Assembly (NCBI GenBank): GCA_007376265.1 | Contig: VMFW01000006.1 | Span: forward strand, 1 to 10,929 | Reading direction: 5' to 3' | Source: Parcubacteria group bacterium Gr01-1014_20 | Lineage (GTDB): Bacteria; Patescibacteriota; Minisyncoccia; UBA6257; 2-01-FULL-56-20 | DNA: 10,929 nucleotides | In this document: positions 1 through 6,587 of the stretch, in pieces | Layout of the letters: every line of letters begins with the position of its first letter | How positions within the stretch are numbered: the stretch's first letter is position 1 | Program-made: the position numbers and the translations under genes | The notes under the pieces: model-generated | Told to the model about the DNA's origin: nothing | The model's database searches: none | Seen by the model: the letters and a program-made list of their open reading frames with translations, nothing else

Positions 1-2
1 GT

Positions 3-81
3 CGGGAGAAAGCGACAGGTTTCTCCCGTGTCGGAAACAATTCAAAACCGAGGGTTTTGAAAGAGTCTCGCAACGCGAGAC
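3..81 (-). other. Cluster of three perfect short hairpins downstream of the last gene of the redox cassette. Stems are 3-11/20-28 (9 bp, 8-nt loop), 43-49/53-59 (7 bp, 3-nt loop) and 65-71/75-81 (7 bp, 3-nt loop). On the minus strand the middle hairpin is followed by a U-rich stretch (aauuguuucc). Candidate intrinsic terminator or structured RNA.
   Basis: Read directly. cgggagaaa/tttctcccg, caaaacc/ggttttg and gtctcgc/gcgagac are exact reverse complements. The position is 100-180 nt downstream of the stop at 181-183. Confidence 0.3.
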
Positions 82-180
82 GACGCATAATTGCATTCCA
101 TTAACTTTTAAGACGTACTTGGCCATAATATTAACTAATTAACTTATAACTTTTTGATGATATATTTTATTCGTTAGAGA

Positions 181-636
181 CTATTGATTAGGTAGGGGAT
201 TGGTATCTTCCTTAATGATATCCCTCACTTTGATTCTGCCAATCATGTCGAAATGAGTACGTTTGGTCCCTTTGTATTCACCTTCGCCGCAGGGTACGGA
301 ACAGTAAAATGGAAATTCACCGGGTTGGGTAGCTACGAACTCAACCACGATCGTTTCGTTAGCTGGCATCCGTTGGGACACGCCGAGCGCGTCAATCGCG
401 ATACCGTGGTCATAACTATCTTTATTTACGACCGTCATGATGACTTTGTCGCCCCGATTAACCTCGATTTCTTCGGGTTCAAAAAGCCAGGCGTCTTTTA
501 CCGCGGTCACCGTTACTTTTACAACTTCGCCGGTTGTGAGGGGTTTGTCTTCGGACTTTAAGAAAGCTACCCGATAGATAATGCCTCCCCCAATGATTAG
601 AACTCCGACGATGGCTATCCAGAAGTATTTATTCAT
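181..636 (-). CDS. Cupredoxin-fold protein with a CuA-like ligand set, anchored by a single N-terminal transmembrane helix (151 aa)
   Basis: N-terminal hydrophobic helix (FWIAIVGVLIIGGGIIY). The C-terminal region FYCSVPCGEGEYKGTKRTHFDM gives C-x3-C-G ... H-x2-M, the pattern seen in the CuA site of cytochrome oxidase subunit II (C-S-E-L-C-G ... H-x2-M). An upstream His (SYDHGIAID) resembles the first CuA His. Fold and size fit the cupredoxin_1-type family. Only 4 nt separate it from the upstream gene, which indicates operon coupling. Confidence 0.7.
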   Translation of the reverse strand: MNKYFWIAIVGVLIIGGGIIYRVAFLKSEDKPLTTGEVVKVTVTAVKDAWLFEPEEIEVNRGDKVIMTVVNKDSYDHGIAIDALGVSQRMPANETIVVEFVATQPGEFPFYCSVPCGEGEYKGTKRTHFDMIGRIKVRDIIKEDTNPLPNQ

Positions 637-640
637 CCCG

Positions 641-2926
641 TTATTTTTTCATAACTACCGGAGGGACGGTAATATATTTTTTGACAGCCCAGCTCAAAAC
701 GAAGATCAAAATGATGGAGACTATTAAATTTCGCCACCAAGCGGCACCCTCGCCACTTTTCTCAACTGCAATTTGGGAATCTCTAGCCTCAATCCAAAAT
801 TCAGCGACTAAGGAGGCGTCTGCTTCCAGGGTTGTTCCCTCTGGTCTAAATTGCGCGAAGACTTTATAGAAGCCAGCTTTTTTAATTGGTAAGGTGAAAC
901 CGACATGGTCGGCTTCGGTTTCTCCACTTACGGTGGTTGTAGCTTCCTCCGTCTCGCCACCGTGGGCCAAGGCCTCTAGGGCGTTAGCGACTTGCGTGGG
1001 GTTTTTGGTATCCATCAGTGTGTGACTATGGTCGGTGTGACCGTCACCCTCGGGGAGATTACCGTGACCAGCCGCATCTGGGTGAGTATGAATAAATTGA
1101 CTCAGGTCTTCAGAGATGAGGGCGAGGTGCATTTTTTCGCCTAAGTAATTCTCAAGTTTTGCTGAATGACCAAAGGAATCCATAATTTCAAAGTCCACGT
1201 GGTTGTTGCCTAAACCAACTTCCGCATAGTCCAAAGTTACCTGATAGTTATCGACAATTCGGCTCTTTACTATTTCTTTCTCTAGTTTAGACGCGGGCCC
1301 TGCGCCTGCGACCGGAACTATTGGGTGGCCAAAGGCATGGTTTTCTCCTTTATATTTTATTTCTGACCAAATCTTGAAATAGCCCGGTTCTTTAAAAATG
1401 TGTTCGATGGTAAACAAACCACTTTCTTCGACTTTCATGTCTGGATGAATGTGAAAGAAGTTGGTTAGATCATCCCTGACCCCGATTACATGCATTTTTT
1501 TCTCGTGCTGGATTTCTAGGTCCGCTTCGGTAACAAAGTTATTATCCGGTCTGATTCTTACCGAAAATCCCAGTTGAGTTTGGTCTCCACTTTCGGGTTT
1601 GTCGGGCGTTACAACCAGACTAACTACTATTCCCTCAGCAACCTCAGTTTCCTCGTGATAAAAACTTTCGTGAGCTCCGGCGTGACTCTCGTCGCCCATC
1701 ATTTCGCTGTCTTGCATATGCCCATCCTCCATGTGCTCATCCATCATCTCTTCTATGCCGTGAGCTTGGGCCTTTTCTCTGAAGCGGTGAGGCAAAACAT
1801 AACCAAAAACCAGAATTAGAACTAAAGAGACAGAAATAATAGTCCAAAAATGGTAGGGGAGGTTTTTTTTCGCGCTTTCTTTTTCAGGCGAGTCTAGTAG
1901 CGCTTGAGTCGCTTTCCTTTTTCTTAAGTAATACCAAAATAGCGGCGTGATCCATAGGAAAAGTAAAACCCAGGTGCCCCAACTAATCGGCAGACTAAAA
2001 AGTCCGGTCGAGGTTTCCGGTGGCAGGCCGTGCGCGTGGGGAGCGGCTAGATTTAACCTCTCCGAGACAATCCCGAGGAATTTCTCTTCGCCAGTTAGCT
2101 CTTCGAGGAAGGTGTGTTGACCAGAGGCTACCCACCAATCGTGGGAAAAAAGCCCTAGTACTAAAATGAAACCCGCAACCAAAACCATGCCCCACCCAGT
2201 GGCTCGTTGGATTCTATCTTTGTTTTTAACTAGGCCGGCGAGGAGATTGACCCCTAGGATGGCTAGGATGGCTAGGAAGATGAGTGGCAAAACTCGTCCG
2301 ACGGCATGGGTAAAAAAGAGAAGCCAGCCATAAAAAACGTCGCCGGAAACTGCGATGCGAGTCAAAATCACCGGAGTGGCTGGATGCGGACAGCCAACAC
2401 CAATGTTTCCCAGGAAGAGCCCTAAGAGCAGGGCCTTTAGGACATCCTTCTGCTTCTGGATGAACCCCGGAAAGGCTCCGCTGTAAGATGGCATTCGAAG
2501 GCGGATTAGGCCTAGTTCGCCGAGAGCAAAGAGGAAAGCAAAAGTTCCAGCGACAAAATAGAGCCAGTTTTTGACGACTTCTAGGGGCGCACCGAGTGAA
2601 CCAATGGCGACCTTGCCGAGAACTGCCGCAAAGACTCCATAGAGACTTAGTGTGAAGGCGACTCCGATGCCGAAGGCGACGGCGATTGTAAAACCTTTAA
2701 CCGCGCCCTTGCCCATTGAAAGAGGGACAATGACGAAGGCTAGCGGCAGGGTGCAAGGAAGCACGATCATGGATAGTCCCGCCGCAAAACTAAAAAGGTA
2801 CCAGCCGGCACCAACGGGACTAGCTGGACTCCAAAGAAAGAACCAAATTAAACCGAGCGCAATAGCGGCGAAAAGTACAAAAAGAAGGGTAATTAAAATC
2901 TTTCTAAATCCTGAAATTTCTTCCAT
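641..2926 (-). CDS. 761-aa multidomain membrane protein. It comprises a CcdA/DsbD-like transmembrane thiol-disulfide relay domain (aa ~35-260), two extra TM helices, a Met/His-rich segment (aa 388-426), two tandem copies of a ~120-aa His-containing extracytoplasmic domain (aa ~430-545 and ~550-715) and a C-terminal TM anchor.
   Basis: The N-terminal domain has the hallmark CcdA/DsbD TM motifs with Cys in predicted TM1 (LPCTLPL, Cys57) and TM4 (GVGCPHPATP, Cys179). The Met/His-rich stretch HGIEEMMDEHMEDGHMQDSEMMGDESHAGAHESFYHEE (DNA 1649-1765) was verified by back-translation. A duplicated motif, KMHVIGVRDDLTNFFHIHPD (DNA 1439-1498) and KMHLALISEDLSQFIHTHPD (DNA 1076-1135), is followed in both copies by G-x-FT...GFYK. 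The second copy carries a His-rich insert (AAGHGNLPEGDGHTDHSHTLMD). A terminal hydrophobic helix (WWRNLIVSIILIFVLSWAV) is present. No SD is seen. Confidence 0.75.
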   Translation of the reverse strand: MEEISGFRKILITLLFVLFAAIALGLIWFFLWSPASPVGAGWYLFSFAAGLSMIVLPCTLPLAFVIVPLSMGKGAVKGFTIAVAFGIGVAFTLSLYGVFAAVLGKVAIGSLGAPLEVVKNWLYFVAGTFAFLFALGELGLIRLRMPSYSGAFPGFIQKQKDVLKALLLGLFLGNIGVGCPHPATPVILTRIAVSGDVFYGWLLFFTHAVGRVLPLIFLAILAILGVNLLAGLVKNKDRIQRATGWGMVLVAGFILVLGLFSHDWWVASGQHTFLEELTGEEKFLGIVSERLNLAAPHAHGLPPETSTGLFSLPISWGTWVLLFLWITPLFWYYLRKRKATQALLDSPEKESAKKNLPYHFWTIISVSLVLILVFGYVLPHRFREKAQAHGIEEMMDEHMEDGHMQDSEMMGDESHAGAHESFYHEETEVAEGIVVSLVVTPDKPESGDQTQLGFSVRIRPDNNFVTEADLEIQHEKKMHVIGVRDDLTNFFHIHPDMKVEESGLFTIEHIFKEPGYFKIWSEIKYKGENHAFGHPIVPVAGAGPASKLEKEIVKSRIVDNYQVTLDYAEVGLGNNHVDFEIMDSFGHSAKLENYLGEKMHLALISEDLSQFIHTHPDAAGHGNLPEGDGHTDHSHTLMDTKNPTQVANALEALAHGGETEEATTTVSGETEADHVGFTLPIKKAGFYKVFAQFRPEGTTLEADASLVAEFWIEARDSQIAVEKSGEGAAWWRNLIVSIILIFVLSWAVKKYITVPPVVMKK

Positions 2927-2958
2927 GCGTTATCGCTAAACAACGAGTTTCTACTCGC

Positions 2959-3387
2959 TTAAATTGTAGCATTTCGGACTGCTGGTGACTCTGATTTTTT
3001 CCACAGCAAGCCGGTTAGCGCCAGGCTGGCGCCTAAAAGCCCGATGTCTCGGAAGGTAATTAGAAAGTTTGCCTCCTTGAATGGGATGAAGGCGAGAACA
3101 AGAATTCCAAAAAGTTCGAGAGTTGAAAGGAGGGCTACCCAAAAGACGATTTTTGGTTTTAGAAACCAAGCCAAAAAAATCAGGGCCATCAAAATTTCTA
3201 TGAATCCCTGAACTCTTAAATAGGTGTTCACGGCCACAACTTGTTCTATCCATCCCGAAAGCCAGTAGGGGAGAGCCCAATGCCAACTTCCCGGGTGTTT
3301 CATGAGATCAAACCCAGAATATAGATACATTATTCCCAAGCCAAGGCGGAGAGACCATTCGACACCAATTTTATTTAGGAATGACAT
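2959..3387 (-). CDS. DoxX-family integral membrane protein (142 aa, 4 predicted TM helices)
   Basis: N-terminal LRLGLGIMYLYSGFDLMKHP matches the DoxX signature (R-L-x-L-G-x-x-F-x-x-x-G-x-x-K). There are four hydrophobic helices. The stop lies 32 nt upstream of the start of the fusion gene. Confidence 0.7.
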   Translation of the reverse strand: MSFLNKIGVEWSLRLGLGIMYLYSGFDLMKHPGSWHWALPYWLSGWIEQVVAVNTYLRVQGFIEILMALIFLAWFLKPKIVFWVALLSTLELFGILVLAFIPFKEANFLITFRDIGLLGASLALTGLLWKKSESPAVRNATI

Positions 3388-3403
3388 TCGGTTTTTTATT
3401 TGG

Positions 3404-3670
3404 TTACCCAGAAAGTTCTTTCAGTTTGGTAAGTAGTTTGTCTTTACTGAATCCACCCGTAGAAAAAAGTTCGTTATTGATAATGATCCCCGGGGAGGCC
3501 ATAATCATGTATTTTTGGATGAGTTCACGGCCTTCGGGAGTCGTGATATCCGATTTTTTGTATTCTACATTAGGCCATTCCTTTTCAATCGATCGCCAAA
3601 ATTTTTCGAATTCTAAACAGTGCTGACAGCCGGGCGAGGAAAGTTCTTGGAGCAAAACTTGTTGAGGCAT
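3404..3670 (-). CDS. Small cytoplasmic thioredoxin-fold protein with a CxxC active site (CQHC), 88 aa, with no signal peptide
   Basis: SPGCQHCLEFEKFW near the N-terminus is a CxxC redox motif in thioredoxin/glutaredoxin-like context. Size and layout are typical of short Trx_3-like proteins. The gene lies 16 nt upstream of the DoxX gene. Confidence 0.65.
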   Translation of the reverse strand: MPQQVLLQELSSPGCQHCLEFEKFWRSIEKEWPNVEYKKSDITTPEGRELIQKYMIMASPGIIINNELFSTGGFSKDKLLTKLKELSG

Positions 3671-3679
3671 ATCGCCTTA

Positions 3680-3688
3680 ATTATAGCA
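3680..3688 (-). promoter_or_regulatory. Extended -10 element TGcTATAAT. It ends 9 nt upstream of the thioredoxin-like ATG, which implies a leaderless or near-leaderless transcript.
   Basis: The minus-strand sequence tttgcTATAATtaaggcgatATG was read directly. No SD is present. Confidence 0.4.
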
Positions 3689-3698
3689 AATCCCACTA

Positions 3699-4457
3699 CT
3701 ACAGGTAGCCAATTTTTTTCAGCGAAGATTCGTTTTCCCATTCCCAGAGTTTTTTAGCTCCAAGGAAGGCCGCGAAGTCGTTTTGCCAATGAGGGAATTC
3801 CTGAAACTCAATATCACCCCTCATTTCACTCCAAGCGTGTTCGAGGCAGGGGAGACGACCGTTCGGTTTTATTTTTTCGATGCCACCTTTTAATCTTCGA
3901 CGAGCGCCGCAGAATTGGCAGGTTTGGATTTGGTCAATTTTTAGAATCCAGCGGGTTTCGAGGCCAGTGAATTCATCTTTCAGGGCATCCATATAGGCGG
4001 AGGTTTGGAGGTTGTAGTCACGGTAGATGGCCTGAGAGGTTTTGATATCTAAAACACCAAGCTTGCCATCAATGAAGGCCACGGCGTCGACGGTGCCGGC
4101 GTAACGGTGGTTGTGATTGACTACTCTTTTTTCCACAAAATCTTCAGTGACGTGAATGTTTTTTTGGTTTATGAAATCTTGAAACGATTTTATCGCTGGT
4201 TGGATTTTGGGATCGTTTTTTGGCTCTCGTCCCAAAAGGATGGCTTCGACGGCTTCATGAACTGCCGTGCCTTCGCTGGCGGATTTATTTTTTACAGACT
4301 CGCCTTCGGCAAAATTTTTCACACCCGCGTAAAATCGGTAAAGAGCCGGTTTGGCTTTAATATCAACAATTTTGGTGACGCGAGGGTACCAAACGCCACC
4401 CACGTCATAGCCGTTTTTTTCTTTGAAGGTTTCGCTAGTTTGAAAATCGTTATACAT
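3699..4457 (-). CDS. PD-(D/E)xK superfamily nuclease, Cas4/RecB-nuclease-like (252 aa), with a C-terminal Cys/His cluster
   Basis: Motif I is GTAVHEAVE (G-x3-H-E-x2-E). Motif II Asp is in GTVDAVAFIDG. Motif III is LDIKTSQ (D-x-K). The QxxxY motif (QTSAY) is characteristic of the RecB/Cas4 nuclease clade. The C-terminal segment is CQFC...PCLEH. No cas1/cas2 or repeat array lies nearby. Confidence 0.65.
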   Translation of the reverse strand: MYNDFQTSETFKEKNGYDVGGVWYPRVTKIVDIKAKPALYRFYAGVKNFAEGESVKNKSASEGTAVHEAVEAILLGREPKNDPKIQPAIKSFQDFINQKNIHVTEDFVEKRVVNHNHRYAGTVDAVAFIDGKLGVLDIKTSQAIYRDYNLQTSAYMDALKDEFTGLETRWILKIDQIQTCQFCGARRRLKGGIEKIKPNGRLPCLEHAWSEMRGDIEFQEFPHWQNDFAAFLGAKKLWEWENESSLKKIGYL

Positions 4458-4467
4458 AAGTGGGGGT

Positions 4468-4473
4468 ATTATA
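4468..4473 (-). promoter_or_regulatory. -10 hexamer TATAAT lying 10 nt upstream of the nuclease ATG (leaderless-type arrangement)
   Basis: The minus-strand sequence aagTATAATacccccacttATG was read directly. The 121-nt intergenic region has no SD. Confidence 0.35.
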
Positions 4474-4578
4474 CTTCTTTTCGTTCTGTGATTGAACTTA
4501 TGATTTGGTTTGGGATTGATGAGTTTCGGTTGATTTTATGATTGGAGGGATGTTTTTACGAAAAGCAGCAATTTTGTT

Positions 4579-5181
4579 TTACCCCAGGGATTCTAAGACG
4601 GGGACTGGGTTTACGTCTTTTCCCTTCGGGTTCGGGCCGCAGCCGTTTTCTTGATCCATTCTAAAACCATCTTTCTTGAAGACTGAAAAATGCAAGTGGG
4701 GCGCGGTCGAGAGACCGGTGCGGCCGACCTCTCCAATTTTTTCTTTGAGGTCAAGATCCTGGTTCTCTTTAACACTGATTTTTGATAGATGGGCAAAAAG
4801 AAAGAAAAAGTCGCTTTTGTCGCTCTCGACAATTACAAATTTCCCGTACCCTCGTCTCGGACAGTAAAGTTCTTGATTGCCGACTGCCATCACTTTGCCC
4901 TTGGTTGGTGTTAGGACGGGAGTGCCGAGTTTAGCGGGAATATCGATGCCGTTATGTCGCTTGCCGGCAAGTCTTATTTGAGCAAACTCCGTTCGGCCGT
5001 ACCCTTGAGAAATGTAAACAGTGCTGTTTTTTCCGGGTAGAAGCGGAGAATTTTTCAGTTGGGCCGACGAGTCTGTTTTTGAGTATTCACCGCGAACGAT
5101 CAAGCCAAGGGTTTCAAGGGTAGAACTAATCGCAACAAGAGAAAAGAATGTAAATATAAGGAGTAAAAAAAACTTACCCAT
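4579..5181 (-). CDS. M23 (LytM-type) peptidoglycan metalloendopeptidase with an N-terminal signal/anchor
   Basis: HNGIDI (H-x-x-x-D) and PHLHF (H-x-H) are the M23 zinc motifs. The ATG at 5181 directly precedes the signal peptide MGKFFLLLIF and overlaps the murC stop (ATGGGTAAG), so it is preferred over the GTG at 5220 given in the track. Confidence 0.8.
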   Translation of the reverse strand: MGKFFLLLIFTFFSLVAISSTLETLGLIVRGEYSKTDSSAQLKNSPLLPGKNSTVYISQGYGRTEFAQIRLAGKRHNGIDIPAKLGTPVLTPTKGKVMAVGNQELYCPRRGYGKFVIVESDKSDFFFLFAHLSKISVKENQDLDLKEKIGEVGRTGLSTAPHLHFSVFKKDGFRMDQENGCGPNPKGKDVNPVPVLESLG

Positions 5182-6556
5182 GGGAAGGAAGGAGGGAGGG
5201 CGTGTAATCGACAATGTCACCGGCGCCCATCATGATGATACATGAATCATGAAGTTTAAAACCTTGATTATCGAGGATTTTGGGTAGGAATTTATTGATC
5301 CGGTTAGGGGAGGGGAGATAGTAAGCCTTTTTTCGTGGATATTTTTTGCGGATGGCTTCGACCAGCTTTTTTGAGGTAAAAGTTGAGGTGACTTTGTCTC
5401 GGCCAGCAACTTCGTAGACGGGAATAATGATGAGAAAATCAGCTAGTGAAAATGATTCGGTAAATTCTTTGAAGAGAGATTTAAGGCGTTTAGCTTGGTG
5501 GGGTTGGTAGACACAGATAAGTTTTTTTTCAGGGAATTTTTCTCGAAAGGCTTGGAGGGAAGCTTTTATTTCGGTTGGGTGGTGAGCATAGTCATCGTAA
5601 ACGTGAATCTTGAATCTTGAATCATGAATAAGGAATCCTCTGAACTCCATCCGGCGCCAGGCGCCGGTATAAGAACCGAGCGCTTTTAGGGCAATCGATT
5701 TTTTAATTTTTAAAATCTTAGCCATGACTAAAACTGCACTCGCATTCGAGATATTGTGATCACCGGGAATTCGGAGAATTTTTTTTAACTCTGCTTTTTT
5801 GGCCGAATACCAGACAACTTCCAGACTCCGTTTTTTTGCGATTTTTGAAATAGGGGATTTAAGGGAGGAAAGATTTTTGTCGTCTTGGTTGAGTATAAGC
5901 GAGCCGCCAGGTTTAGTTCTGCTCATAAATTTCAGAAATGTTTTCTTGACGTCCGAGAGGTCTCTATAGAAATCCAAATGCTCTTTGTCGATCGTGGTAA
6001 CGATGATGACATCGCTTTCATAATTTAAGAAAGAAGCTTTCCATTCATCAGCTTCAATAACGAGCCACTTGGAACGCCCGTATCGAAAATTCTTATTGCC
6101 AAATCCTTTAAGGTTAGTGCCGATGATAACATTAGGATCGAGCTTGGCTTTGATGAGCGTGAGCGCGGCGAGCGCGGTCGTGGTGGACTTACCGTGACTC
6201 CCCGCGATAGAGATAGTCTTGTAGACTCTGGTTAGGCAGCCCAGGGTTTCGGGGTAGGAAAGGGGTTTTAGGCCCCGCTTTTTTGCTTCAACCATCTCTG
6301 GATTGTCGGGTCTAATAGCGGGGCTATAAATGACCATATTTAGGTCTCTTTTTGGCAAGTTAGCTTTTTTATGGCCAATTTTGACTCTAGCGCCCTCCGT
6401 TCTAAGGTTCGTAATGTTAGCGCTACTTGAGATGTCAGAGCCGCTCACCACCCAATTTTGAGCTAAAAACCAGCGAGCTAGAGAGCTGATTCCTATGCCA
6501 CCGATACCTATAAAATGGGCTACCGGTTTTGACTGGGGGAGGGTTTTTCTAGGCAT
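5174..6556 (-). CDS. murC: UDP-N-acetylmuramate--L-alanine ligase
   Basis: The N-terminal HFIGIGGIGISS motif is the MurC signature. The central P-loop is GSHGKSTTTA, and DYAHHP is present. The ATG at 6556 (MPRK...) is preferred over the TTG at 6562 given in the track. Confidence 0.85.
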   Translation of the reverse strand: MPRKTLPQSKPVAHFIGIGGIGISSLARWFLAQNWVVSGSDISSSANITNLRTEGARVKIGHKKANLPKRDLNMVIYSPAIRPDNPEMVEAKKRGLKPLSYPETLGCLTRVYKTISIAGSHGKSTTTALAALTLIKAKLDPNVIIGTNLKGFGNKNFRYGRSKWLVIEADEWKASFLNYESDVIIVTTIDKEHLDFYRDLSDVKKTFLKFMSRTKPGGSLILNQDDKNLSSLKSPISKIAKKRSLEVVWYSAKKAELKKILRIPGDHNISNASAVLVMAKILKIKKSIALKALGSYTGAWRRMEFRGFLIHDSRFKIHVYDDYAHHPTEIKASLQAFREKFPEKKLICVYQPHQAKRLKSLFKEFTESFSLADFLIIIPVYEVAGRDKVTSTFTSKKLVEAIRKKYPRKKAYYLPSPNRINKFLPKILDNQGFKLHDSCIIMMGAGDIVDYTPSLLPSHG

Positions 6557-6587
6557 TTGCAACGTATGTTATCTGTCGCACAATATA

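Noticed and set aside
1-90. Possible tRNA in the three-hairpin region
   Set aside because: The stem lengths (9, 7 and 7 bp) and the 3-nt loops do not fit a cloverleaf (D, anticodon and T arms with 7-nt loops). No T-loop GTTCRANYC-like motif and no acceptor-stem pairing are present.
3699-4457. CRISPR-associated Cas4 call
   Set aside because: No cas1/cas2 and no direct-repeat array occur anywhere in the window. The gene is treated as a stand-alone PD-(D/E)xK nuclease.
5182-5220. GTG start at 5220 for the first M23 peptidase, and TTG start at 6562 for murC, as given in the ORF track
   Set aside because: The ATG at 5181 immediately precedes the signal peptide and overlaps the murC stop, a classic coupling arrangement. 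The ATG at 6556 gives the MPRK... N-terminus ahead of the MurC motif. Both are preferred over the non-ATG upstream codons.
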